DNA from: Pirellulales bacterium
GTDB lineage: Bacteria > Planctomycetota > Planctomycetia > Pirellulales > JAICIG01
Reading direction: 5' to 3'
Assembly (NCBI GenBank): GCA_040901675.1
Contig: JBBDYJ010000031.1
Span: 153,220 to 217,219, forward strand
DNA length: 64,000 bases
Under the pieces are notes generated by a model. It worked only from the letters and a program-made list of their open reading frames with translations, searched no databases and was not told the DNA's origin. The first letter of the stretch is position 1. Every line of letters begins with the position of its first letter. The translations under genes were made by a program, and so were the position numbers. Below are positions 29,901 through 39,076 of this stretch, piece after piece.

Positions 29901-30531
29901 GGCTCAGCTTGTCGAGCCGGCAGATCGCCAGCGGGTTTTCCAGAAACCAGTTGCCGGTCCGCGCCGCCTCCAGTGCGTCGTTGGTCATGATTTCGAACGG
30001 CAGGTGAAAGCGGCGGTCCAGCTCATCCTGCCATTGTTCGGCCAGGTTGCCCGGGCACACGATCAGGCAGCGGGCCAGGTCGCCGCGGACCAGCAGTTCC
30101 TTGATGAACAGGCCGGTCATGATCGTCTTGCCGGCCCCCGGATCGTCGGCCAGCAGGAACCGCAGCGGCTGCCGCGGCAGCATTTCGCCGTACACGGCCG
30201 TGATCTGGTGCGGCAGCGGTTCGACCAGCGACGTGTGTACGGCCAGCAGCGGGTCGAACAGCCAGGCCAGCCGGATCCGGTGTGCTTCGGAGACCAGGCG
30301 GAACAGTCCGCCGTCGCCGTCAAAGCTCCAGGGGCTCCCCGCGGTGGCCACTTCGAGCGTCGGCTCGCGCTCCCGGTACAAGAGTTCGCTGCCCAGTTGC
30401 CCGGCCGCGTCGCGGTACGTCAGGTTGATGGCCACCGTGCCGATCCACTGCACGGCCACCACCGTCACGAGTCCATCGGGCAGCACCCCCTCGATCGCGG
30501 CCCCGACGGTGATATCTTCCAGGCGTGTCAT
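26968..30531 (-). CDS. SNF2-family helicase with C-terminal DUF3883 nuclease-like domain
   Basis: LLADDPGAGKT, DEAH, LLTATPH, TDAAGEGINLQ, QRFGRIHRIGQ; GYDIES..FIEVKG. Confidence 0.93.
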   Translation of the reverse strand: MTRLEDITVGAAIEGVLPDGLVTVVAVQWIGTVAINLTYRDAAGQLGSELLYREREPTLEVATAGSPWSFDGDGGLFRLVSEAHRIRLAWLFDPLLAVHTSLVEPLPHQITAVYGEMLPRQPLRFLLADDPGAGKTIMTGLFIKELLVRGDLARCLIVCPGNLAEQWQDELDRRFHLPFEIMTNDALEAARTGNWFLENPLAICRLDKLSRNQDVQDKLKQGDWDLVVCDEAHKLSATYFGSEVKYTKRYRLAQLLSTLTRHFLLLTATPHNGKEADFQLFMALLDGDRFEGKFRDGVHTADTSDLMRRLVKEQLLKFDGRPLFPERVAYTVGYQLSDAEAELYRQVTDYVREEFNRAEALEGGGQRGTVGFALTILQRRLASSPEAIHQSLRRRRERLQKRLREEQLMRRGGAGLRVVEAADLAALAAERRESAAIDLVAGLPAYTEDDLDDLEDAPEGEVEEAEERVVDQASAARTIAELQTEIGMLERLERSALRVRQSGTDKKWDELSRLLQNNSEMFDAHGHRRKLVIFSEHRDTLSYLADQIRALIGKPEAVVTIHGGMGREERKKAQEGFTHDKEVEILVATDAAGEGINLQRAHLMVNYDLPWNPNRLEQRFGRIHRIGQTEVCHLWNLVAHETREGEVYQRLLEKLAEERQALGGQVFDVLGRLTFEDRSLRELLLEAVRYGDQPEVRARLYQVVDRAMDHEHLRSLVEDRALTHDAMDVTRVRQIREDMERAEARRLQPHFIASFFIEAFRLLGGTIHEREAKRYEIKHVPAAIRGRDRQIGRGEPVMPRYERVTFEKSLISVPGKPLAAFVCPGHPLLDATIDLVVERYRDLLKQGAVLVDEADLGQEPRALVYLEHSIQDARLERGGVRRIVSKRLQFVEVDAGGGTRSGGPAPYLDYRPLSDEERTALAAVATPEWLRADLESKVLEHAAVHLVPEHLEEFRRRKQELVDKTAAAVKERLTAEVNYWDHRAEQLKEQELAGKVNAKVNSGLARQRADELALRLKKRLVELEQERKLSPLPPVVLGGAMVVPLGLLRRLLKRPAPPTFAADTERSERLAMAAVMAAERRLGFIPRDVSAEKLGYDIESSIPSTGRLRFIEVKGRVAGAETVTVTRREIMTGLNEPESFVLAIAVVDGAGTDLRYVRQPFQNEPDFTVTSVNFHLEKLLSRSEAPA

Positions 30532-30890
30532 AGCCGCAGCTCATCAACGAATGCCCCGGGCCGATCGTTCGCCGCCGGCCGGAAAGGTGAACAAAAGTGT
30601 ACCCGACCCCCCGCCCCGAAGAAAGCGCCCACCGAGACCCCAGTCGCCCCAGCGACACTAACCCGACGCGCCAGCGAGAGGCGTGATGTGGTCCACTCGC
30701 TCCGCGAGTGGTTGGCGGGAAAGGCTCCTCCCGCTAGCGACCTTCGTCCTCAGCCGGTCGCCCCAGCGAGCACACCAAGCCAATGCGCCAGCGAGAGGCG
30801 TATTCCGGCGGCGAGGCCGCCGTGCCTCCTTCCACCACCACCTCGAGCGCCTCCCGCCGCACGCTGACTGACGCAATCGTCTGGCGATCA

Positions 30891-32167
30891 TCAAACCGGA
30901 GTTCTCTTCCGAAATCGCCCCAGCAGCGAGATAACAGATCGGAACGCCGCAGCCAAAGAAACACCAGGCGGATTAACGGCCGCTTCGGCGACCGACCGGT
31001 ATCGATGCTCGATTGACAGACAGTCCCCTTTGCCCACGTACTCCTGGCAAACGAGACAAGTCCGCTGGCAGGTGAACCGTCCTGGTGAGACAGCACCCTC
31101 CATCAGGTCGTAGAGCAATTGCCGAATAGGCGCCCGGAGCCCAGCGGCGAGTGCTTTGAATTCCGTCACAGCCAAAGATGCGACGGTTTGATTCAACGAC
31201 ATTACGGACGGAGCCAAAAGATCCTCACCAGCCACATACCCCCGTGCAACGGCGAAAGCACGAAATTCGGGGCGGGAGAGTTCGTGGCCCGCCTGACGAA
31301 CATCAATCGCGTGGGCACACAAGAGACACCCATTCCCAGGAAGAACGACGGTTACGCGCCCACCAGCCTCAGATACTATTCCATTTTCAGCCGTGATTCC
31401 GGTCCCTGAATCGAAGTACGGCTTCAGATAGGCCGCAGCGACTTCATTCAGATACAGCCGCGTGCCTTCGTTATCCGTGCACCCGAAAATCACATCCGAG
31501 CCGACAAGGCCCGCAAATGCCTCGGAGCAAAACACTGACCGCGCAATTATCGACACCCGTGCGTCGGGAGCGATGCGACGAATCTCGCGCCTCAATACTC
31601 TTACCTTTTGCCTACGCAGCCATGCATCTCGCGGCGTGGCTCCGTCGAGCCGATTAAGGCTGGACTTGTCAACGCGATCAAAATCAATGAGCACGAAGTT
31701 TCGTACACCCTCGTAGGCTAGGGTCCTTGCCACAATCGAGCCGATGCCGCCAAGACCAACGATTGCGACGCGTATCCGCCCAAGCCGAAACTGGCCAAGA
31801 CGACCAATTGCGGGCAATTGCCGTGAATATCTGCGTTCACCCGGTCGTTGACTCTGGCCATTCAGCGTTGGGAATGTAGTCTCCCGACCACCAACGATCT
31901 CAATGGAGCGAACAGGAAACGGTTTCGCTCCGGGATTGACCCAAACGGCTCCCGCAACAGACCTTCGCCCAAACACCAGGCTGCCGTACGGGTGCCCGGG
32001 TTTGAGCGAGGACAGCGCGAACTCGAGCATCTCCACATGTCCAGCTTCGTCGACAGGCGAGAAGCAGACGGACTCGTCGGCACCGGGATGAGTATGGACT
32101 TCGACGATGCCAGCGCCAGACCATCCACCTCAAAGCAAAAGCTGGCCTGCTCCGCCGTCTGCGTCAT
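30891..32167 (-). pseudogene. JAB peptidase-ThiF/E1 fusion, with the JAB part frameshifted or internally deleted
   Basis: E1: VGLGGIGS, IDFDRVDKSSLNRL, GCTDN, CLLC and CLVC. In frame upstream: VEVHTHPGADESVCFSPVD (HxH at 32088-32096), blocked by TGA at 32130-32132. RBS+ATG at 32167 (MTQTAEQASFCF) is in a different frame. Confidence 0.72.
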
Positions 32168-32254
32168 TGGTCACTACTCCTTTCTAGGGGTCCCGGTCTT
32201 GCAATGCGCCGGGACTTCGGTATAGCATCACTTCCGGCGGCCGTTCCGCCTGTA

Positions 32255-32296
32255 TTCGATTTACCGAAGTATATTCGCTTTGGCGAATCGCGTCAA
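32255..32296 (-). promoter_or_regulatory. Sigma-70 promoter overlapped by two palindromic operators
   Basis: Minus strand TTGACG-N17-TATACT (32296 to 32268); TTCG-N6-CGAA at 32255-32268 and 32274-32287. Confidence 0.78.
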
Positions 32297-32313
32297 GCCA
32301 AGGTGCCGCGGTC

Positions 32314-32748
32314 GTGGAATTTGGAACGCAACAGCGGATCGACGTTGGGCGGAGGATTAAAGGCGCCCGGCAAGCGAACGACTTAACCGCACAGCAGCTG
32401 GCCAAGCTCGCCGGCTTAAGCCCGGGGTACCTGTCCGAGGTCGAGCGAGGGCTGTCGGCCGTCTCAAGTGAAAAACTCGCAAGGATCGCCCGCGTGCTCC
32501 AGGTCACCGTCGATTACCTCTTGGAAGGGCCCCGGGAGACCCCGAAGGCAGAAGACGAAGTCCGGATTCCCGCTGCGTTGTCGGCCGCAGCCGAGCAGCT
32601 TCGCCTCTCGCACAAGGCCACGTTGCGCTTGCTTCAGGGAAAGGAGTCGCTGGTCGCAAAGCGATCCGCTGCACACGACGCAGACTGGGCTCTCCAGGAC
32701 TGGGTACGGTTCTATAAGAAGGTCAAGGATTACCTGCCGAACGATTGA
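32314..32748 (+). CDS. XRE/HTH repressor, CapH-like
   Basis: LTAQQLAKLAGLSPGYLSEVERG HTH; C-terminal IPAALSAAA...DWVRFYKKVKDYL; divergent from the E1 gene. Confidence 0.85.
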   Translation: MEFGTQQRIDVGRRIKGARQANDLTAQQLAKLAGLSPGYLSEVERGLSAVSSEKLARIARVLQVTVDYLLEGPRETPKAEDEVRIPAALSAAAEQLRLSHKATLRLLQGKESLVAKRSAAHDADWALQDWVRFYKKVKDYLPND

Positions 32749-32756
32749 GGCGGAAA

Positions 32757-33497
32757 ATGGTAGCAACGACCGCTGGTGACTTGATTCGTTTGGATGCAAT
32801 CGCAAAGCACCTGGGCACGGCCACCCGGTGGGGCGACGAAGGGTTCGAGCAGGAGGCCATTACAGAATGCTTGACACGAATCCGACCAGTCGTCGTTGGA
32901 GCCCGCGCCCAAAGCGGCGAGCATGTTATCGCGGCACTGGCTACCCACTATGCCGTGCATTTTGAAGAGGTTCACGATTCCCGAGACATCGATGCTCTTG
33001 AAGAGAAGTATCTGAAGAAGCAGCGCGAGTTGGGTTTTGGCCGGCTGCGAGACGAGTTAGAAGATCCTTCCGTCGACGCCCTGCTCATTCAGAGAATAGA
33101 AGCTCGATCGACAGACCCCGACAAATGGGTGGCGGTTCTAAATCTGCAGCGAGCACCATCCGCGAACGCCGTCGTTAAGCACTGGCCAAGACCTGCCATG
33201 CTTCTTACGGCCGCCCTCAACGGAAGAAAGAACGCTCCGCAAAAAGACCGCGAACTGCGTGTCGTCCCACAGGCCAGGAACACGCTGGCACGAGCTGCTG
33301 GACTGTTTGTCATTCCTAACATGCGGATCCCCCGCACCAGCCCGGCGTACGCTGCTTTCGTCGAGAACGGACGGGCCGACGACTTCGAAAACCTGGCCAC
33401 TTGGACAACTTCCTCGGGGAAATCGCTCGCCCACGTCCGTGCGTTCGTCTCGGCGATGAAGTTAGCGGACATAATCTATGTCATGGTGTCGTTGTAG
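32757..33497 (+). pseudogene. CapP/IrrE-like metallopeptidase lacking the HExxH segment
   Basis: Position after the HTH gene; N-terminal FEEVH..DALLIQR..WVAVLNL and C-terminal NMRIP..S..ENL.TW.TSSG blocks resemble CapP; no HExxH anywhere in the ORF. Confidence 0.55.
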
Positions 33498-33624
33498 ACC
33501 ATGGAAACATAGGGCTTCCGAACCGAGGACGCGGGGAAGACGGATTTGCGGATTTTTAGCCTCCGAGTTTTGCGGGCCTCGCGGAACACAACACGAAATT
33601 CCGTTCAAAATTCCGACCACCCCC

Positions 33625-33661
33625 TTGACATCCGGCCACCGCCTGCGGTATGTATAAGGAG
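33625..33661 (+). promoter_or_regulatory. Possible sigma-70 promoter upstream of the repeat array
   Basis: TTGACA at 33625-33630; TATGTATAAG region 18-27 bp downstream; -10 imperfect. Confidence 0.4.
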
Positions 33662-33719
33662 TGGTTGGTGGGCAGTGCTTAGTGGCTAGTGGACGAGCAC
33701 CGTCCCGGAGTAATTCCTC

Positions 33720-34520
33720 GTTCCTAGCAAACCAGCAACCAAGAACCAGCAACTAGCAACTAGCTAGCCCCAAGATCCAACTACCAAGCCCCAAGCTGTC
33801 GATCGCGGCTTGAAGGCGAGCCAGTTTCGCGGGCCGATGGGGCCAGCTACTGGCCTGCGGAATCCGGATCGAGCAGCGGACAAGCCCCAAAGCCCCAAGA
33901 CCAAAGAACCAAGCTCAAAGCACCAAGTACCAAGCCCCCATCTTCCCCAAGTTCCGGATTGTTCGGATTAAAGTCGCGAAAAGTGCTGAACAACTCAATT
34001 GCCTCAATTGCCAATAGTGCCCATGGTCCCGCACGCAGCGGACCTCCGGAAGACCAATGACCAATGACCAATGACCAATGACCAATGACGTCCCCATCCA
34101 GTTCTGACGCTTAAATCACCGAAAACTGCGCAATAACTCGATTTGCAGTGGCTCGCAGCTAGCGGTCACTGGCCCATGGTCCCGCCCGCAGCGGACCTCC
34201 TATTCCACCAACCAAGAACCAGACTTCGGCGAGCTCAGTCGAGTCGCAACCAGCAACTACTTCTGACTTCTGACCCCTAAACCACCGTAAATCGGGAAAC
34301 AACTCAATTGAGCGGCCCGTAGCTCTGGTCATTGGCCCATGGTCCCGCCCCCAGCGGACCTCCGGCACGCGACCAAAGAACAAAGAACCAAGTCCCAAGA
34401 CCCAAGACCCAGTTCCGACTTCTGACCCTTAAACCACCGTAAATCGGGAAACAACTCAAAATGCAGTGACCGCTACCTCGTGGTTTCCTCCCGAGGCGGA
34501 CCTTTGGTTCCTGCGGCGGA
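33720..34520. repeat. Degenerate array with ~155-bp period, interspersed with heptamer tracts
   Basis: GCCCATGGTCCCGC.C.CAGCGGACCTCC at 34019, 34172 and 34335; AACAACTCAA-like at 33989, 34132, 34298 and 34450. Confidence 0.8.
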
Positions 34521-34674
34521 CTTGTCCTCCACACCCCGCCCTGCAGCCCCGAACAGGAGCGTTCGCCCCTTCGGAGTCCCTACTTTTGTCGCCGTGCAGG
34601 AAAATGCCCTTTCGCCGTGGAGCGCCGGCGGGTAGCATTAAATTCGCTTCGAATTCAGTGCGAAAGGAATGCTG

Positions 34675-34983
34675 ATGGTGAATCTGCAAAGCGGCGTCGA
34701 CTCGCTGACCAACTTTAAGCGGCAGACGGCGGCCTATCTGGACCAACTGCACAAGACCGGCGAACCGGTGGTGCTCACCGTCAATGGCAAGGCGGAAGTC
34801 GTGGTTCAGGACGCCGCGGCCTATCAGCGGCTTTTGGAATTGGCCGCCCGGCGCGACCGGGAAGAGACCGTGGCGGCGATTCGGCAGGGGCTGGCCGACG
34901 TGGAGGCGGGCCGCACCAAGCTAGCGCGTGCGGCGCTGAAGGCCCTCGCGAAGAAGTATGGAATCTCCTCGTCGGGCAGGTAA
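34675..34983 (+). CDS. Phd/YefM-family antitoxin
   Basis: SLTNFKRQT, EPVVLTVNGKAEVVVQDAAAYQ, IRQGLADVEAGR. Confidence 0.9.
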   Translation: MVNLQSGVDSLTNFKRQTAAYLDQLHKTGEPVVLTVNGKAEVVVQDAAAYQRLLELAARRDREETVAAIRQGLADVEAGRTKLARAALKALAKKYGISSSGR

Positions 34984-35039
34984 CGTGAAATACCAGGTTC
35001 GACTGACCGAGTTTGTGAGGACCGCATTCAAGAAAGCCG

Positions 35040-36443
35040 CTAGGCGGGCTGGTGGCCGGCGAAGCGCGAGGCGCCTGCGCGCTCGTGATCTTCCAGGCCG
35101 AGCCGCTTCATCTTCTTGTAGAGCGTGGTGCGGTTGATGCCCAGGGCCTCCGCCGTGGCGTGCCGGTTCCAATCGTGGAGCTCCAGCACTTCCAAAATGA
35201 TCTGCCGCTCGGGGCCCTCCAAGGCCTGCTTCAGTGTCCGGCTGCCGACTGTTTCCAGCACCAAGGGCCGCGAGGCCAGCCCGCTGGGCAGGTCGTCCAG
35301 GCGGATCATGTCGCTCTTGCCCAAGAGCACCGCCCGCTCCACCACGTTCTGCAGCTCGCGGACATTGCCTGGCCAGGGATGCCGCTGCAGGGCCGCCAGG
35401 GCTTCCTCGGCAAAGCCCCGCACGTTCTTGCCGGTCTCTTCGCGGATGCGCTCCAGGAAGTGCTGGGCCAAAAGCGGGATGTCCGAGAGCCGCTCGCGCA
35501 GGCTGGGCAGCTCGATGTTGATGACGTTGACGCGGTAATAGAGGTCCTGGCGAAAGCGGCCTTCCCGCACCAGCCGCTCCAGGTTTTCGTTGGTGGCCAG
35601 GATGACCCGGGCGTCGACCCGGAAAGTCTTGTTGCCACCCACCTGCTCGAACTCGAACTCCTGCAAGACGCGGAGCAGCTTCACTTGCATGCCGGGACTG
35701 GCGGTGCCGATCTCGTCCAGGAAAATCGTGCCGCCGTCGGCCTGCAGGAACTTGCCCACCTTGTCGTGCCCGGCCCCGGTGAAGGCGCCGGCCACGTGGC
35801 CGAACAACTCGCTCTCCAGCAGGTTTTCGGGCAACGCGCCGCAAGCCACCTCGACGAAGGGGCGGTCGCGGCGGCCGCTGCGGCGATGGATGGCCCGTGC
35901 GATCAACGACTTGCCCGTTCCGCTCTCGCCGCTGAACAGCACGGTGGCCCTGGTGTCGGCAATGCTGTCGATGACGTCGAACACCTTGCGCATCCGGCCG
36001 TTCTGGCCGACGATGTTCTCCAGGCCGAACCGTATGTCGAGCTGGGCCTTGAGATGCTTGTTCTCCTCGATCACGCGCCGCTGGTTCAAGGCCCGCTCGA
36101 TGGCCATCGCCAACTCGTCGTCCAAGAGGGGCTTGGTCAGCAGGTCGAACGCGCCGCGGCGGATCGCTTCGACCGCGGTCTCGACGGTGCCATAACCGGT
36201 GATCAGGATCACGGAGGTCTGAGGGCGGTGACGCCGGGCGTGCGCCAGGACCTCGAAGCCGTCGCCTTCGCCCAGGCGGATGTCGGCCAGCACCAGGTCA
36301 TAGGCCTTCTTGTCCAAGGCCTGCACGGCCGCCGCCTGGCTGGCAGCCGTGTCGAGCTGGTATCCTTGCTCGCGCAGCCAGTCGGCCATCGACTCGAGGA
36401 TGTGTCGGTCGTCGTCGACCAGCAAGATCGAGCTTGGTTTCAT
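35040..36443 (-). CDS. Sigma-54-dependent response regulator (NtrC/AtoC family)
   Basis: Receiver [33 protein letters not shown]; Fis-type HTH. Confidence 0.95.
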   Translation of the reverse strand: MKPSSILLVDDDRHILESMADWLREQGYQLDTAASQAAAVQALDKKAYDLVLADIRLGEGDGFEVLAHARRHRPQTSVILITGYGTVETAVEAIRRGAFDLLTKPLLDDELAMAIERALNQRRVIEENKHLKAQLDIRFGLENIVGQNGRMRKVFDVIDSIADTRATVLFSGESGTGKSLIARAIHRRSGRRDRPFVEVACGALPENLLESELFGHVAGAFTGAGHDKVGKFLQADGGTIFLDEIGTASPGMQVKLLRVLQEFEFEQVGGNKTFRVDARVILATNENLERLVREGRFRQDLYYRVNVINIELPSLRERLSDIPLLAQHFLERIREETGKNVRGFAEEALAALQRHPWPGNVRELQNVVERAVLLGKSDMIRLDDLPSGLASRPLVLETVGSRTLKQALEGPERQIILEVLELHDWNRHATAEALGINRTTLYKKMKRLGLEDHERAGASRFAGHQPA

Positions 36444-36797
36444 CGATGCCAACCCTGCAATTCTTCCAACCCTGCAATTCTTCCAACCACGGCCCGGCGG
36501 GCGGAGCCAGCCGCGCCGACGCCTCCCGGTCCTTTGCCGGCAATGCAAGGGGCGGCGGCAGCACGGCTGCTGGACGCGGATGGGGAGCTCTTGACAAGCC
36601 TTGTCGAAGATTATCTACGTTACGGGTTGACGAGGGTCAACAACCTGCGGTGGCCGGAGAATGCGCGCGAACGCGCGCCTTTGGAGACTTCCGGCCGGAT
36701 CGGCGGCGCGGACAAGAGCGGTTGTCCGGATTGCGCCGGATGAATACGCTTATAATGGACGAGACAGGCGGGGCGATCGATCCGTTTTGAGGTTGGC

Positions 36798-37430
36798 ATG
36801 GCGATTCGGGTTCTAGTTGTCGACGATCACGAAGTCGTTCGCAGCGGGCTGGCCAGCCTGCTCGAAGGCACCCAGGTCGAGGTGGTGGCGCTGGCATCGG
36901 GCGGCGACGAGGCGCTGCCGTTGGCTCACCGGCACCGTCCGGACATCGTGCTCCTGGATATCCGAATGAACGGTATGGACGGCCTGGCCACGCTCGAGGA
37001 GCTCAGGCGCACCGTGCCCGAATGCCGTGTCATCATGCTCTCCTCCTACGACAACCCGACCTACGTGGCACGGGCCAACGCCCTGGGCGCCAGCGACTAC
37101 CTGCTCAAAGGCTCGACCCGCGAGCAGTTGCTGGGGGCCATCGCCGCCGTGGCCGCCGGAAAGGCGCCTTCCGACGTGGGCGAGATGCGCCGCGTGGCCG
37201 GAGCCATGGCCGCCCGGCAGAAGCAGCACGACGTCGACGTCGCGCTGACCCAGCGCGAAACTCAAGTGCTGCGGCACCTGGCGCTGGGGCTGAGCAACAA
37301 GGAGATAGGCCGTTCGCTGTCGATCAGCATCGAAACGGTCAAGGAGCACGTGCAGCACCTGCTCCGCAAGATCAACGCGGCCGACCGGACCCAGGCCGCC
37401 GTCTGGGCCGTCCGCAAGGGGCTGGTGTGA
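36798..37430 (+). CDS. NarL/LuxR-family response regulator
   Basis: VLVVDDHEVVRSGL; LLDIRM; LTQRETQVL..GLSNKEI. Confidence 0.95.
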   Translation: MAIRVLVVDDHEVVRSGLASLLEGTQVEVVALASGGDEALPLAHRHRPDIVLLDIRMNGMDGLATLEELRRTVPECRVIMLSSYDNPTYVARANALGASDYLLKGSTREQLLGAIAAVAAGKAPSDVGEMRRVAGAMAARQKQHDVDVALTQRETQVLRHLALGLSNKEIGRSLSISIETVKEHVQHLLRKINAADRTQAAVWAVRKGLV

Positions 37431-37474
37431 TTCAAAGGAGGAAGCCTTCCTATCGCCTCTTCGCCTCCTCGTAG

Positions 37475-38374
37475 TCAGCGGGCCCGGGGATGGGCCTTTT
37501 CGTAGGCGGCACGCAGGTTGGCGGTGCTCAGATGGGTGTAAATCTGCGTGGTGACCAGGCTCTTGTGGCCCAGCAGCTCTTGCACGCTGCGAATGTCGGC
37601 TCCGCGGTCCAAGAGGTGCGTGGCAAAGCTGTGCCGCAACGTATGGGGGGTCGTGCGGCGATCCAGGCCCGACGCGGCCAGGTGCTTTTCCAACAGGCGC
37701 CCCACGCTGCGGGTCGTCAGCCGCCGGCCGAACTTGTTGACGAACACGGGGGCCGAACCTCCCTCGGGCTCGCGCGGGCTGAGGCGCCGCACCCGCAGCC
37801 AGCGGAGCAGGGCCTTGGCGGCGAATGAGCCGATCGGCGCCAATCGCTCCCGCCGCCCCTTGCCTCGAACGCGGACGACCCCCGCCTCGCGGTCCCAATC
37901 GCCGTCGTTCAGGCCGACCAGCTCGCTGACTCGCAGTCCCGCCGAATAGAGGGTTTCGAGGATCGCCCGGTCGCGCACGCCCAGCGGTTCGGCGGCGGGC
38001 GGCACCTCGAGCAGCCTGGCCAGCTCGGCGGTCGACAGGAAGTGGGGCAGGGAGCGATTTTTCCGCGGGTTGCGCAGCGGCTTGGCCGGATTGCCGCGCG
38101 TCCAGCCTTCACGCTGGGCGAAACGGTAGAAGCTGCGCAGCGAAGCCAGCCGGCGTGCGATCGTGGTCCGCGCATAGCCCGCCTCGTGGAGCCAGGCGGC
38201 ATAGCCACGCAGGTCGAGCGTGGTGATCGTGGCCGGATCGGCCGGCCGGCCTTGCTTCTCGGCCAGATAGGCGGCCAGGGCAGCCAGGTCCTCGCGGTAG
38301 CTCTTGATCGTCAGCGGCGAGGCGTTCCGCTCGACGCGCAGGTAATCGAGAAACCGCGCGATGGCCGTCTGCAT
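37475..38374 (-). CDS. xerC: Tyrosine recombinase XerC
   Basis: [54 protein letters not shown]. Confidence 0.88.
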   Translation of the reverse strand: MQTAIARFLDYLRVERNASPLTIKSYREDLAALAAYLAEKQGRPADPATITTLDLRGYAAWLHEAGYARTTIARRLASLRSFYRFAQREGWTRGNPAKPLRNPRKNRSLPHFLSTAELARLLEVPPAAEPLGVRDRAILETLYSAGLRVSELVGLNDGDWDREAGVVRVRGKGRRERLAPIGSFAAKALLRWLRVRRLSPREPEGGSAPVFVNKFGRRLTTRSVGRLLEKHLAASGLDRRTTPHTLRHSFATHLLDRGADIRSVQELLGHKSLVTTQIYTHLSTANLRAAYEKAHPRAR

Positions 38375-38383
38375 GGAGCGCGT

Positions 38384-38635
38384 CTAGTGGATCTCGTCGG
38401 TATCGCTGGGCAGCGGCAGGTCGAACCGCCGCGCGTGCGCCGGCTGCGGCACGGCCGTCTCCTGGCGGATCTTCTGGCTCAACACGGCCGCGTCGTACCA
38501 GGTGAAGCTGAGGTCGGGGTTGGATGCGTACCGTCCCAGCACGCGGAGCGTTTCGGCCCGGCTGGCATCGTCGTACAAGAACACATACCGTTCCGCACCC
38601 TTCACCAGCGCCAAAACATTGATATCTTGTGGCAC
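38384..38635 (-). CDS. Small conserved hypothetical protein upstream of xerC
   Basis: RBS GGAGAGG; DINVLALVKGAERYVFLYDD..LSFTWYDAAVLSQKIR. Confidence 0.75.
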   Translation of the reverse strand: MPQDINVLALVKGAERYVFLYDDASRAETLRVLGRYASNPDLSFTWYDAAVLSQKIRQETAVPQPAHARRFDLPLPSDTDEIH

Positions 38636-39076
38636 GGCCGGTACCTCTCCTTCCGCTCGATGCCCCCTGTCGGCGCGGCGAGCGAAACTCCCTGTTCGCT
38701 CGCTTCCAGCGCTGCCACTGGCTTTATCGGCCGGTTGGCCAGCGCCACACTACTCGTGTTTCTCCGGCGCAGGCGCGAACGGCCAGCACCTCGGAGATGT
38801 GCAAATGACAACGGAAGCGGATGCAGCGGCGAATCGTCAGGACGGCAAGTCGATGACCGGGCCAAAGCGCGGACCATCGGCAGTTGCCGCTACTATCGGC
38901 ACAACCGCTACGGTTTCTGGAGAGATTTGGAAGCGGAGATTTGGAGGCGACTGGGTCCGGCCCTGTTCGCGCAAAACACCCAAATTGTCCGTTGCTTCGG
39001 GCATCGGGGGTGTGGCCCGCCGAATCGAAGCGGCCGGGCCGCGAGCTACCGCCGCCGGGAGCCGTTGCTCCGGCGG

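Larger units (their letters stand above)
16829..33497. mobile_element. Defence island (approximate bounds)
   Basis: Cluster of nuclease, methylase, helicase, ATPase, E1 and regulator genes; visibly lower-GC stretches; 31-bp direct repeat at 16829-16859 and 30684-30714; no integrase inside. Confidence 0.6.

Noticed and set aside
33720..34520. CRISPR array
   Set aside because: Period ~155 bp, degenerate repeats, spacers made of microsatellites, and no cas genes in the window
37475..38374. xerC as the island or prophage integrase
   Set aside because: Housekeeping Xer features, host-like codon usage, and 4 kb from the island among core genes
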